A stretch of 64,000 bases of DNA from an uncultured Actinomycetota bacterium (GCA_963849475.1 CAWKHC010000005.1:164903-228902), one strand, 5' to 3'; shown: positions 1 through 9,791, counted from the stretch's first letter. The notes: a model not told the origin generated them from the sequence alone. Translations and numbers: made by a program.

Positions 1-318
1 GCCGACGATCACGTCGAGGAACGTCAGTTCGCCATGCGCTGGCAACAGCGTCTTTGCCCGGTCGAGACCCATCGAGGTACCGAGGCCACCATTCAGCTTG
101 ATCACCGCGGTCACCGAAGCCGCGGCGCGTCGGGCGTCGTCGTCGAGCTCGATGTCGCCGGCGTGATCGACGTCCACGAGAGGATCGATGTCGGCCTCGG
201 GGACCATCCCGGTCGCCCCACCCTCGAGCTGTGCGTAGAAGTCGGAGAACACATCGATGGCGCGTTGGGACACGCCACCTTCGGCCATCCGCCGCTGCGC
301 CTGCTCCAATCCGTTCAT
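1..318 (-). CDS. UTP--glucose-1-phosphate uridylyltransferase, eukaryote-like UDPGP family (N-terminal part; runs off the left edge)
   Basis: Manual translation MNGLEQAQRRMAEGG...VIKLNGGLGTSMGLDRAKTLLP...TFLDVIVG. KLNGGLGTSMG is the UDPGP-family nucleotide-binding loop. GGAGG lies upstream. Absent from the ORF track. Confidence 0.9.
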   Translation of the reverse strand, partial: MNGLEQAQRRMAEGGVSQRAIDVFSDFYAQLEGGATGMVPEADIDPLVDVDHAGDIELDDDARRAAASVTAVIKLNGGLGTSMGLDRAKTLLPAHGELTFLDVIVG

Positions 319-401
319 CCCGTAACCTCCGTTGAAAAGCAAGGGTACGAAGGCCGCGGGATGATCGCTGCCTCAAGATTCGCTCGCTGGCGCTCGCTCA
401 T
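315..401 (-). mobile_element. Start-codon-associated ~85 bp repeat element, copy 1, with a 28-aa uORF (MSERQRANLEAAIIPRPSYPCFSTEVTG)
   Basis: Reverse complement aligns with 48525-48610. uORF TGA (317-315) overlaps the UGPase ATG (318-316). Confidence 0.7.
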
Positions 402-420
402 GAGGTCATACGCTAGTGGG

Positions 421-981
421 ATGCCGAAAGATGAGCTGCGCGAGGAGGTGCTGGAGCGCCGCCGCGACATGGGCGCCGACGTACGTGCTGAGGCCGCCGA
501 GGCGATCGCCCTCCACCTGCTCGCCGTTCCGCTGATCTCATCGGCCAGGCGCGTTGCCTGCTACGTCTCGATGGCCACCGAGCCCGGTACCGGCCCACTC
601 ATCGAGGGCCTGATGGCGCGCGGGATCGAGGTCATCGTGCCGGTGAGCCTGGCCGGAGGAACGCTCGACTGGGTGACGTACGACCCGTCAGCCCGGACCT
701 CTGTGACGGCACTCGGCATCTCCGAGCCCGACGGCGAACCCCTCGGCGCACAGGCACTCGACGAGTGCGCCCTGATCGTCGTCCCGGCACTGGCGGTGGA
801 CCATTCCGGTCATCGGCTGGGGCGCGGTGCGGGCTACTACGACCGCGCTCTGGAAGGCGTCACTCGACCGGTGTGCGCCGTGGTGTTCACCCACGAGCTG
901 CTCGAGTCGGTCCCGTACGAGCCGCACGACATCCCTGTCGACATGGCCATCACGCCAGACGGGTTGTTCCGCGTCCCCTAG
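421..981 (+). CDS. 5-formyltetrahydrofolate cyclo-ligase
   Basis: MPKDELR..., EPGT, VPALAVD..G.RLGRGAGYYDRAL and EPHD motifs. TACGCT-N6-ATG suggests a leaderless start at 421. Confidence 0.93.
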   Translation: MPKDELREEVLERRRDMGADVRAEAAEAIALHLLAVPLISSARRVACYVSMATEPGTGPLIEGLMARGIEVIVPVSLAGGTLDWVTYDPSARTSVTALGISEPDGEPLGAQALDECALIVVPALAVDHSGHRLGRGAGYYDRALEGVTRPVCAVVFTHELLESVPYEPHDIPVDMAITPDGLFRVP

Positions 982-2153
982 CTGGCGGGGCGCGATGCCA
1001 GGTCGGGCTTGATCCAGTACGTGATCGACACGATCTCCACTCCGCGACCAGGCCGCGGAGCGTGGATCATCTTGCCGTCGCCGAGGTAGAGCGCCTCGTG
1101 ATAGATCGATCCGGGTCCACCCTCGCTCCAGTAGAGGAGATCGCCGCGGACGATCTTGCTCATCGGTACGTGCTTGGTGTTGGCGTACTGAGCGCCGGCA
1201 TAGTGCGGCAGGTTGATCCCGGCCGCCTGCCAGGCGCGCATCGTCAGCCCCGAGCAGTCCCACGAGCCCGGTCCGGCGCCACCCCACTTGTACGGTTCGC
1301 CGAGCTGCGCCTTGGCGAAGGCGATGGCCTTCTCGACCTTGCTTCCCGAAGGCGGCGGCGGGTTGACGGGTGGAGGAGGTGTTGACGTCGGTTGGGGCTT
1401 GGGAGTGGTCGTCGGATCAGGTCCGGGCCTTGGCGGCGTGCTCGGCCCCGACTCGTCGAGCTGTTCGTCGATCGCGTCCTGGTCCTGGGTGACCTCGTCC
1501 ACCGAAGTGCCCTTGGCCTCCGCAAGCTGCACGAGCAGGTCGCGGCGCTCCCGCTCGGCGGTCGACGCCGCCTTCTCAGCATGGGTGATGGCCCGCTCGA
1601 TCGCCGCCTTCGCGGCCTTCTGCCTGGCCGTCGCCTTGCTCTGCGCATCCAGTGCGTCCTGCGCCTCACGCGCTGCCGAGTCGAGCACGACCTTGCGGGC
1701 ACTGAACGTGGCGACCTTCGCGACCGTCGCCTCATTGGTGCTGGAGTAGGCCGACGCCCGCTCCAGCAGCTGCTGCGGTCCGGCGCTGCTGAACATCGCC
1801 GACAACCTCGCCGCCGACGAGCCCGACTGCAGCTGCTCGACCGTCATCACCTCGACGATCTTCTGCTGCGCCCGGAGCTTCTTGCGTGCGGTCGCAACCT
1901 CGCCACGATGGCGGCTCACCGCCTTCTTGGCCGTCGCGAGCTCATACTTCGCACCGTTGAGCCGCTCCGATGCGGCCGCCGACTGTGCGTACAGGTCGTT
2001 GAGATGCTGGCGCGACTCGACGAGCTGGATCTGCAGCTGGCTGACGGTCGGCTTGTCGGCTCTCGCGCTCACGGTGCCCAAGAAGATCGTGCTCGCCAGA
2101 GCGAGTACGAGAGCGATGGCGACAGTGCGCCATGCGAGGGGGAAGGCACGCAT
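978..2153 (-). CDS. Secreted NlpC/P60 (C40) peptidoglycan endopeptidase with coiled-coil N-terminus
   Basis: Signal peptide, coiled coil, Pro-rich linker, PYKWGG...DCSGL...H.ALY...MIHA. Confidence 0.92.
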   Translation of the reverse strand: MRAFPLAWRTVAIALVLALASTIFLGTVSARADKPTVSQLQIQLVESRQHLNDLYAQSAAASERLNGAKYELATAKKAVSRHRGEVATARKKLRAQQKIVEVMTVEQLQSGSSAARLSAMFSSAGPQQLLERASAYSSTNEATVAKVATFSARKVVLDSAAREAQDALDAQSKATARQKAAKAAIERAITHAEKAASTAERERRDLLVQLAEAKGTSVDEVTQDQDAIDEQLDESGPSTPPRPGPDPTTTPKPQPTSTPPPPVNPPPPSGSKVEKAIAFAKAQLGEPYKWGGAGPGSWDCSGLTMRAWQAAGINLPHYAGAQYANTKHVPMSKIVRGDLLYWSEGGPGSIYHEALYLGDGKMIHAPRPGRGVEIVSITYWIKPDLASRPAS

Positions 2154-2214
2154 GGGTTCAACCGTAAACCCACTGTGCCGAATTAGAAACCGTACGGATG
2201 TCGGAATTCGTTGA

Positions 2215-4785
2215 TCAGCCCCGAGGCACGCTCGGCTTCATCGTGAGGGTGTCGTCTGCCGCATCCTTGACCGCCTCGGGCGAGAACGCCCACGGCAGCG
2301 TCTTGCCGTCGGCAAACAGCGGCGCCTGGTCGAGATAGTGCTTCTGGAAGGCATGACCGGAGTTGCCCGTGAGCTGGATCCAGCGCGATCGGTCGAAGTT
2401 GTCGAGGTCTACGACCATGCGCATCGAGGGCAGCGCCGTGACCTCATAGCCCTCGGTCGCATCCCAGCTCGTGGCGTCGACGATGCCGCCACCGCCGCCG
2501 AGGTTGAACGGTCCGCGGTTGAACAACGCATTGACGGCACCGAGACCGGAGTCACCCAGCGTTGGGTTGATGAGATCGAGCTGATGGAGCTGGCCCCACC
2601 GCCACTCGCTGGGCTCGCGCGACTGGAGTCGGGTGAGCTCGTCGCGGGCCAGACGCATCGCCTCGGCGAGGATGTCGTCGCGCGACTCCGTACGGCCGCT
2701 TGTCGTCACGTCGTCCCACCAGTGGCTCGAGGGCTGCTTGAGGATCTTGCCGATGACGTTGAACCACCGCTCCCCACCTTCGGGTCCCTGACCCTTGGGC
2801 AGCTCGTCATCGAATGTCAGCTTGAGCAGATTGCGCCACACCACGTTGAAGTAGGCGGCTGCCGCCGAGTCAGCCGACTGCTTGTAGTCCCACTTCTCGA
2901 GCGTCGCCTGCCCCTGGCGGTAGTAGCGACTGTCGAGCTTGACGTCGAGGAGTCGTGGCACGAGCTGCTCGGCGTTGGCACTGTAGGTGTCGAGCTGCAT
3001 CTTCGCCATGTCGTTGACCGAGAGCTTTTGCCCACCATCGGAATCTGCCGAACCAATCAGGTCACGGATGCGCTGCGAGCGGTAACCGGCAGCCGTGTCG
3101 GCGCCGAGCGTGAGCGGATATTGGTCGCCGATGACCCTGTTGTTGGCCGTGACGATGAAACCCTCGTCAGGGTTGTAGATGCTGGGCAGCGCATCGAACG
3201 GGATCGTGTCGACCCATTCGTACTCATCGGTCCATCCAGGCACGGGCCAGCGCCCGTCACCCTTGGCGCGGATCGGGATCGTGCCCGGGGACTGATAGCC
3301 GATGTTGCCGTCGACGTCGGCGTACACGAGGTTCTGCGACGGGACCGTGAACAGCTTGGCGGCCGCCCGGAAGTCGTCCCAGTTCTGCGCAGTGTCGAGG
3401 GCGAAGACGGCCTCGATCGTCGGCCTCGGCGTCAGCGCGCTCCAGCGCAGCGCCACCTCATACGAGCTCTCCGGCACACCCTTGGTCTTGCTGGTGCCGA
3501 CAGCCTCGATGTCATCGTCAAGGTCAGAAAGGATCGGACCGTGCTTCGTCGACCGCACCGTGATGTGCTCGGTGTCGCCGCCAGCGACCTTGAACGTCTC
3601 GCGGCGCCTCTCGATCGGCACCTGCTTGCCGTTGTACTCGTACGTGTCGCCCGTGACCTTCTCGAGGTAGAGGTCAGCGACGTCGGCATACATCGTCGTC
3701 ACACCCCAGGCGACGCGGTTGTTGTGGCCGATCACGACGCCGGGCATACCGGAGAACGAGAAGCCGGCGACGTCGTACGGGCACTCCTTGCTGACGGTGC
3801 GGCAGTGCAGGCCGACCTGGTACCAGATGCCCGGCATCGACGGTGCGAGGTGCGGGTCGTTGGCGAGGATCGGTTTGCCGGTCCTGGAATGGTCTCCGTC
3901 GACGACCCACGAGTTCGAGCCGATGCCCTCGCCGATGCCCAACAACGCCGGCAGTGCATCGGCACCGTCCTGGGCCGCCTCGAGCGAAGCGACGGCTGCG
4001 CGGGCCAGTCCCGGAGTCGGGCAGACCGGCACGATCAACGTGACCGGATCGGGGGAGGTGTCACACCCGTCCTGCTCGAACGTGCCAGCCAGCACGTTGG
4101 CGTCATCACCGGTGACGATCGGCTCGTGACCCTTGGGGTCGTCGGGATAGAGGTCCTCGACCTGGTCGACCGTGAGGTTCTTCGTCGACAGCGCACGGGT
4201 GATCTCGTCGCTCATGTTGCTGCGCAGGTCCCATGCCATGGCCTTGATCCACGCCAGCGAGTCGACCGGGGTCCAGGCTGCCGGTCGGTAGTCAGGTCCG
4301 GTGAGCGAGAGGATCGTGTACTCCAGCGACAGCTCCGACCCGGACTTGTCGTTGATGTAGGAGTTGACCCCGCGGCTGTACGCCTCGACGAGCGCCTTGG
4401 TCTTGGGGTCGAGCAGCTCGACCTCCTGCTCGGCGACTCGGCGCCAGCCCAGCGTGCGTACGTACTTGTCCGTCTCGAGCGCGCCATCGCCGACGAGCTC
4501 GGCGAGGCGTCCTGCCGTCACGTGGCGGCGAAAATCCATCTCGTAGAAGCGGTCCTGCGCGTGTACGTAGCCCTGGGCGAAGAACAGGTCCTCGGAGTTG
4601 TCGGCATATATCTGCGGGATGCCCTTGTCGTCGCGATGGACCGTGACCTCGCTGCGCAACGCATTGACCCGAACATCGCCCTGGGTGTCGGGAAACGACT
4701 TGCGGACCGTGACGAACGCGAACACCGCGCCGGCAATCAGAGCTGCTGAGAGGAGGACCGACAGGACGATGAAGAAGCGACGCAC
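2215..4785 (-). CDS. Penicillin acylase family (Ntn-hydrolase, S45) protein
   Basis: N-terminal TM, GYVHAQDRF, GSNSW (Ntn Ser nucleophile), LANDPHL. Confidence 0.92.
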   Translation of the reverse strand: MRRFFIVLSVLLSAALIAGAVFAFVTVRKSFPDTQGDVRVNALRSEVTVHRDDKGIPQIYADNSEDLFFAQGYVHAQDRFYEMDFRRHVTAGRLAELVGDGALETDKYVRTLGWRRVAEQEVELLDPKTKALVEAYSRGVNSYINDKSGSELSLEYTILSLTGPDYRPAAWTPVDSLAWIKAMAWDLRSNMSDEITRALSTKNLTVDQVEDLYPDDPKGHEPIVTGDDANVLAGTFEQDGCDTSPDPVTLIVPVCPTPGLARAAVASLEAAQDGADALPALLGIGEGIGSNSWVVDGDHSRTGKPILANDPHLAPSMPGIWYQVGLHCRTVSKECPYDVAGFSFSGMPGVVIGHNNRVAWGVTTMYADVADLYLEKVTGDTYEYNGKQVPIERRRETFKVAGGDTEHITVRSTKHGPILSDLDDDIEAVGTSKTKGVPESSYEVALRWSALTPRPTIEAVFALDTAQNWDDFRAAAKLFTVPSQNLVYADVDGNIGYQSPGTIPIRAKGDGRWPVPGWTDEYEWVDTIPFDALPSIYNPDEGFIVTANNRVIGDQYPLTLGADTAAGYRSQRIRDLIGSADSDGGQKLSVNDMAKMQLDTYSANAEQLVPRLLDVKLDSRYYRQGQATLEKWDYKQSADSAAAAYFNVVWRNLLKLTFDDELPKGQGPEGGERWFNVIGKILKQPSSHWWDDVTTSGRTESRDDILAEAMRLARDELTRLQSREPSEWRWGQLHQLDLINPTLGDSGLGAVNALFNRGPFNLGGGGGIVDATSWDATEGYEVTALPSMRMVVDLDNFDRSRWIQLTGNSGHAFQKHYLDQAPLFADGKTLPWAFSPEAVKDAADDTLTMKPSVPRG

Positions 4786-4818
4786 CGGGCCATTGTGCCT
4801 TGCCGGGGTAGCGGCCCC

Positions 4819-5856
4819 TCAGCCCTGTGCGCTGCTGCGGATCTCGCCGACGAGCTCCTCGAGCACGTCCTCGAGCATGATGACGCCGAGCACATTGCCG
4901 GTCTCATCTGCAACGCGAGCCATGTGGGAGCCGCGCGACTGCATCGTCCGCAGCGCTTCGTACAGGCCCGATCCGGGGACGACGGTGGCCAACGGGCGCA
5001 CCCACTTGTCGGCGATCGGCTCAAGCCGGGATGCCTCGTCGGTCTCGAGCACGTCCTTGATGTGCAGGTAGCCCGTGATGTCGCCGTCGGCATCTGACAC
5101 CGGGAAGCGGGAGAATCCGGTGTCCGCACACGCCCGCTCGATGTCGACGGGCGTCGCGCTCGGCTTGATGGTCACGAGTCCTTCGCTGGACAATAGAACT
5201 TGATCAATCGTCCCCTGCGAGAACTCCAGCGCTCCGGAGACGAGCCCGTACTCATCTGCGTCGAGCAGACCCTCGCGGCGTGACTCCTCGACCAGCCCGG
5301 CCACTTCATCGTGGGAGAACGTCGAGGCGACTTCGCTCTTGGACTCGACCCGAAGGGCTTTGACGATCAGGGTCGCAGCGCCGTTGAGCGCCACGACGAA
5401 CGGCCGCAGGATCGCGACGACCGCGAGCATGAACGGGCCAAGCACCAACGCGGCGCGCTCTGGGCCAACCAGTGCGAGGTTCTTGGGCACCATCTCGCCG
5501 AGCACGACGTGAAGGAACACCACGATCGTCATGGCGATGACGAACGAGATCGGGTGGACCAGCCCGTGCGGGACGTTGAGCCCCTCGAAGACCGGCTCGA
5601 GCAGGTGTGCGATCGCAGGCTCGCCCACGGCACCGAGACCCAGCGAGCAGATCGTGATGCCGAGCTGGGCGGCCGCGATCACGAGCGTCAGGCTCTCGAT
5701 CGCCCGCAGCGCCATGCGAGCAGTGGTCGAACCTTCTTGGACGCGTGGTTCGAGCTGCGTACGACGTGCCGAGATCAACGCGAACTCAGCGCCGACGAAC
5801 AGGGCGTTGAGTGCAAGGAGGACGACGGTGAGTGCGATCGCGAGGCCGGGGTTCAT
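4819..5856 (-). CDS. CNNM/CBS (hemolysin-family, CorC-like) membrane protein
   Basis: NALFVGAEFA, QLGIT, GEMVPK, FSRFPV, LEDVLEELVGEI. Confidence 0.9.
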   Translation of the reverse strand: MNPGLAIALTVVLLALNALFVGAEFALISARRTQLEPRVQEGSTTARMALRAIESLTLVIAAAQLGITICSLGLGAVGEPAIAHLLEPVFEGLNVPHGLVHPISFVIAMTIVVFLHVVLGEMVPKNLALVGPERAALVLGPFMLAVVAILRPFVVALNGAATLIVKALRVESKSEVASTFSHDEVAGLVEESRREGLLDADEYGLVSGALEFSQGTIDQVLLSSEGLVTIKPSATPVDIERACADTGFSRFPVSDADGDITGYLHIKDVLETDEASRLEPIADKWVRPLATVVPGSGLYEALRTMQSRGSHMARVADETGNVLGVIMLEDVLEELVGEIRSSAQG

Positions 5857-7205
5857 GACGTTTCCCCCGTCGACTCGACGGTCAGGGACACGCGATCGAT
5901 GCGGCGTCCCTCCATACGGTCAACCCTCAGGGTGACGGTCAGCGGCTCGGGCTCTTCATCCTCTTCGCCGCGACGTTCGAGGTGGAGCACGACCTCGTCG
6001 CCACGCTCGGCGATACGGCCGAGCTCGACGTGGATGAGGCCGGCGATCGTCTCGTAGTCCTCGCCCTCGGGCAGCGCGATCTCTGTCTGCTCCTCGACCT
6101 CGTCGGGCCGCAGCAGCCCCGACAACGACCAGGTGCCGTCCCGGCGATGTCTGCTTCGAGCCGATAGTCGATCGTGTTCGTCGGCGATGTCGCCGACGAT
6201 CTCCTCGACGAGGTCTTCGAGGGTGACGACACCATCGGTGCCGCCGTACTCGTCGACCACGATCGCCATCTGCATGCCCTGCTCGCGCAACATGGTCAGG
6301 AGCGGGTCGAGCTCGATGCTGTCAGGCACGGTGGTCGCTGGATCGGCGAGGTCGGAGATGCGTACGTTGCGCCGGCGATCGGGTTCGACGCTGACAGCTT
6401 GTTTGACGTGCACGATGCCGAGGATGTCGTCAGGGCTCCGCCCGATCACCGGGAAGCGGGAGTGGCCGGTCTGGCGTGCAGCGTCGATGACGTCGATCGC
6501 AGTGTCCTTGCCCTCCAGGAAGTGCACGCGTACGCGTGGGGTGCGCACGTCGGCCGCCGTACGGTCACCGAACGCGATGCTGCGGGCCACCAGGTCAGCG
6601 GTCTCGTCGTCGATGGCACCCTGCTGGGCCGAGCGAAGCACGAGCGATCGCAGCTCGAGCGGCGATCGGGCCGAGCGAAGCTCTTCCTGCGGTTCGACGC
6701 CGACGGATCGCAGGATCCCGTTGGCGACCTTGTTGAGCCCGCGGATCGGCCACAGCATCGATCGCGTGAAAGCGCGCTGGAACCATTGCGTACGGGCAGC
6801 CACCTGCTGGGGAAGCGCGATCGCAAGCTTCTTGGGCACCAGCTCGCCGAGCAGCATCGTGACGATCGTGCTCAGGGTCAGCGCGACCGCGTACGAGATG
6901 CCGCGCAGCGCTCCCCCGGTGAGGCCGAGGTTCTCCAGCGGACCGTGCAGGATCTTGCCGAGTGCGGGCTCGGCGAGGAAGCCGATCGCGAGGTTGGTGA
7001 TCGTGATGCCGAGCTGGGCGCCGCTGAGCTGGGTCGAGAGCGTACGCAGGGCAGACAGCGTGCCCTTGGCTCGCTTGTCGCCAGCGTCCGCGGCGCGCTC
7101 AACTGATGCGCGGTCGACGGTCACGAGTGAGTATTCGGCGGCACCGAACACACCGCAGCTCAGGACGAGCAGCAACGACAAGGCCAGCAGCAGCCACTCA
7201 GTCAA
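5853..7205 (-). CDS. CNNM/CBS/CorC-HlyC (hemolysin-family) membrane protein
   Basis: AAEYSL, QLGIT, GELVPK, HSRFPV, VDEYGGTDG, EDLVEEIVG. TTG start near 7205 is inferred. Confidence 0.9.
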   Translation of the reverse strand: MTEWLLLALSLLLVLSCGVFGAAEYSLVTVDRASVERAADAGDKRAKGTLSALRTLSTQLSGAQLGITITNLAIGFLAEPALGKILHGPLENLGLTGGALRGISYAVALTLSTIVTMLLGELVPKKLAIALPQQVAARTQWFQRAFTRSMLWPIRGLNKVANGILRSVGVEPQEELRSARSPLELRSLVLRSAQQGAIDDETADLVARSIAFGDRTAADVRTPRVRVHFLEGKDTAIDVIDAARQTGHSRFPVIGRSPDDILGIVHVKQAVSVEPDRRRNVRISDLADPATTVPDSIELDPLLTMLREQGMQMAIVVDEYGGTDGVVTLEDLVEEIVGDIADEHDRLSARSRHRRDGTWSLSGLLRPDEVEEQTEIALPEGEDYETIAGLIHVELGRIAERGDEVVLHLERRGEEDEEPEPLTVTLRVDRMEGRRIDRVSLTVESTGETS

Positions 7206-7293
7206 CGCGGCGCTCCAAAACTGTGCTCCAAGATGGGGGTCACGATCCGGCAACTGTACCCTTGGAGGGCAGTCCCAACCTCAGGAGCAGGCA

Positions 7294-7584
7294 GTGCCCA
7301 CCTACCAATATCAGTGCACCGAGTGCGGTGAACCGCTGGAGATCCAGCAGAGCTTCACCGACGATGCGCTGACCGAGTGCCCCGTGTGTGGTGGCCGTCT
7401 GCGCAAGGTGTTCAACGCCGTGGGCGTCGTCTTCAAGGGTTCGGGCTTCTACGTCAACGACAGCAAGTCCAAGTCGAGCAGCACTTCGACGGCGTCGACC
7501 TCGACCGACAAGCCGGCAGCGCCGACCAAGAGCGAGACGAAGGCCACCCCCGCCAAGAAGTCAGGCTCCGACTCCGCCGCCTGA
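7294..7584 (+). CDS. FmdB family zinc-ribbon protein
   Basis: GTG start after AGGAG. PTYQYQCTECG...CPVCGG...FKGSGFY with an S/T/K-rich tail. It is the C-terminal part of track ORF 6133..7584. Confidence 0.92.
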   Translation: MPTYQYQCTECGEPLEIQQSFTDDALTECPVCGGRLRKVFNAVGVVFKGSGFYVNDSKSKSSSTSTASTSTDKPAAPTKSETKATPAKKSGSDSAA

Positions 7585-7674
7585 TCCTTCGGCTCGCGCG
7601 GGTCCGACGCTTCGCGTGTTGCGACCTGTGGATCGTCGCCTGCACGTTGGAGGCGATCTTCCTAGAGTCCGGCG

Positions 7675-8260
7675 ATGGACACTGTTCGCCGATTCGTCTT
7701 CCTGCATCACCGTCTGCTTGCCGCGATCTGCGCGGGTCTGGCGGTGCTCGCCGCGCTGGGCGCCCTGCGCCAGACCCCCGAGGGCGTACGTGTCGTGGTC
7801 GCCCGTGACGACCTGGCCAGCGGCCACGTGATCGACGAGTCAGACGTACGCGTCGCTCTGCTCTCGTCCGCCCCCGACCACGCTCTGCGGCTCTCGGAAG
7901 CTGTCGGGCGTCGGGTCGCCGGACCGATGCGCGCCGGCGAACCTGTCACCGACTACCGCGTTCTGAGGCCGGATGCGCTCGACGGCTACGGCGACGACGC
8001 CGTGCTCACCAGCGTCCTGGTGTCAGACGTCGGCGGGCTGACCGGCGTGCAGGTCGGTGACCGGATCGACGTGATCGCGGTCGACCCGCACGGCGAGGCC
8101 AAGGCGAGCTGTGGTGGCGCGTGCCGTCGAGATCGTCACGGTTCCGCCCCGGGACGAGCGCGACGCCGTACCGGTGGGCATCGTGACGACGGAGAAGCTC
8201 GCCCTCGACCTCGCGTCGGCGGCCCTCGAGTCGCGGTTCACGGTGATGCAGTCGTCTTGA
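7675..8260 (+). CDS. SAF/RcpC-CpaB-like protein, with an apparent +1 frameshift near 8107-8110
   Basis: TM, then VVVARDDLASG (SAF) and GDRIDV. The expected C-terminus VVARAVEIVTVP...LDLASAALESRFTVMQSS* continues in another frame to TGA 8258-8260. Confidence 0.75.
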
Positions 8261-8305
8261 GCCGTCGATAGTGTCGGGGCGAGTACTCAACTATCGGAGG
8301 ACAGC

Positions 8306-8695
8306 ATGATCAAAGACTTCAAGAACTTCCTCATGCGCGGAAATGTTGTCGACCTTGCCGTCGGCATCGCGATCGGCGTGGCGTTCACGACTCTCGTCGC
8401 CGCGTTCGGTACCAACTTCATCAATCCGATCCTCGCTGCCATCGGCGGCAACAACACCGAGGGGTTCGGCTTCACGATCACCGACAACCCCAAGACCTTG
8501 GTCGACATCGGTGGCATCCTCAACGCCTTGATCGTGTTCGTCGTGACGATGGCGGTGATCTACTTCGCGATCGTCGTACCGATGCAAAAGCTGCAGGCAC
8601 TGCGCAAGCGCGGAGCAGTGGATGAGCCGGAGGGCGTACCCGAGGACATCGCCCTGCTGCGCGAGATCCGGGATGCGCTGAAGACTCGCCCCTAG
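8306..8695 (+). CDS. mscL: Large-conductance mechanosensitive channel
   Basis: FKNFLMRGNVVDLAVGIAIG...LLREIRDAL. Confidence 0.96.
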   Translation: MIKDFKNFLMRGNVVDLAVGIAIGVAFTTLVAAFGTNFINPILAAIGGNNTEGFGFTITDNPKTLVDIGGILNALIVFVVTMAVIYFAIVVPMQKLQALRKRGAVDEPEGVPEDIALLREIRDALKTRP

Positions 8696-8737
8696 CGCTA
8701 CGCAGATCGGCGTTCGGCCGTGAACGGCCTCAGTCGA

Positions 8738-8908
8738 TCAACCGTGGTGGGGCGGGACGTCTCGGAGGTAGTCCTCATCGCTCGTCGGAGCAGGCTTCTC
8801 GCCCCAGCCCTCGTCGTTGTCGTCGGCCGAGGTGTCGGCATCGCCAAGCAGCTCTGCCGCTCGGCGACGGCGTTCGGCCTCAGCCGCCGGCAGCTCAGGC
8901 GAAGGCAT
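8738..8908 (-). CDS. Small acidic 56-aa protein ending DVPPHHG
   Basis: Manual translation MPSPELPAAEAERRRRAAELLGDADTSADDNDEGWGEKPAPTSDEDYLRDVPPHHG. Below the track cutoff. Matches my recollection of small actinobacterial PPHH-tail proteins next to mscL. Confidence 0.75.
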   Translation of the reverse strand: MPSPELPAAEAERRRRAAELLGDADTSADDNDEGWGEKPAPTSDEDYLRDVPPHHG

Positions 8909-9791
8909 CGAGCCAGTCCGGAGTCAGCTTGGGAAATGCCGGGTGCCAGCCCGTACGGTCACTGAACCGCTGGGAGCTGACTCGCTGCGAACGGGTGAGG
9001 ATCTCCAGCTTGTCCGCCCCCAGGCGCTCGACCCATGAGGGAAAGAAGTGACCTTCCTTCCTGCCTGCCGCCTGGGCGATCGTGTCTACGTAGTCGGCGC
9101 GCTGCACCGGCTCGGCACCGACGTTGTAGATGCCACCGGGTGCGGTCAGCGCGTGCACGACGGCCGAGCCGACGTCGGCCGGATGGATCACGTGCATCCA
9201 CGACCGTTTCCGGCCGATGCCGATGGCCTTGCCGGCGCGGGCCCGGCGGAACAACCAGGCGGTGTTGCGGTCGTCGCCGGTGACCAGGCCGAACCGCAGG
9301 CTGACTGCCGTTCCGCCGGCCGCCTCGAAACGCGCCATGCGGGCTTCGGCGACGACGACCGGCTCGCTCGCTCCGGTGACGTCGATCGGGCTCTGCTCGT
9401 CGATCCATTCGTCGCCGGTGTCGGCGTAGATGAAGCTGAGGCTCTGCTGGACGATGCGCCCGACGCCAGCTTCGCGCGCGGCGATCGCCACGACCTTGGA
9501 GCCGGCAAGCCTGATGCGGTCGACCTGTTTGAGAGATCCCGGGAGGAGTGCCGCCTTGCCGACGGGCACCTTGGTGGCGAGATTGGCCACGGCGTCGCAG
9601 CCGCGCATCCCGCTGACCAGCGCGTCATGGTCGAAGACGTCGCCGAGACAGGGTTCGGCGCCGAGATCAGAGATCTGGGCAGCAGACCTCGGTGTACGGG
9701 CAAGACCGACGACGGTGTGTCCCGCCTGATGCAAAGCGTCGATGGACGATCGGCCCATTACTCCGCTTGCACCCGTGAGGAAAACCTTCAC
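8895..9791 (-). CDS. NAD-dependent epimerase/dehydratase (atypical SDR)
   Basis: GTG start after AGGAG. KVFLTGASGVMG Rossmann motif, IHPADVG, YNV. Confidence 0.85.
   Translation of the reverse strand: MKVFLTGASGVMGRSSIDALHQAGHTVVGLARTPRSAAQISDLGAEPCLGDVFDHDALVSGMRGCDAVANLATKVPVGKAALLPGSLKQVDRIRLAGSKVVAIAAREAGVGRIVQQSLSFIYADTGDEWIDEQSPIDVTGASEPVVVAEARMARFEAAGGTAVSLRFGLVTGDDRNTAWLFRRARAGKAIGIGRKRSWMHVIHPADVGSAVVHALTAPGGIYNVGAEPVQRADYVDTIAQAAGRKEGHFFPSWVERLGADKLEILTRSQRVSSQRFSDRTGWHPAFPKLTPDWLDAFA

Noticed and set aside
2154-2214. c-di-AMP riboswitch before the NlpC/P60 gene
   Set aside because: The gap is only 61 bp, and TACGGT-N7-ATG indicates a leaderless transcript.
2338-4749. Long antisense ORFs (also 13190-15121, 30149-32029, 40645-42531, 59149-60903 and many others)
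   Set aside because: They are shadows of clearly identified genes on the opposite strand, expected in high-GC DNA, and carry no family motifs.
6133-7293. Long N-terminal extensions in track ORFs (also 9918-11417, 28051-29883, 33129-35162, 24146-25420)
   Set aside because: The extensions overlap real genes on the other strand; the true starts are internal.
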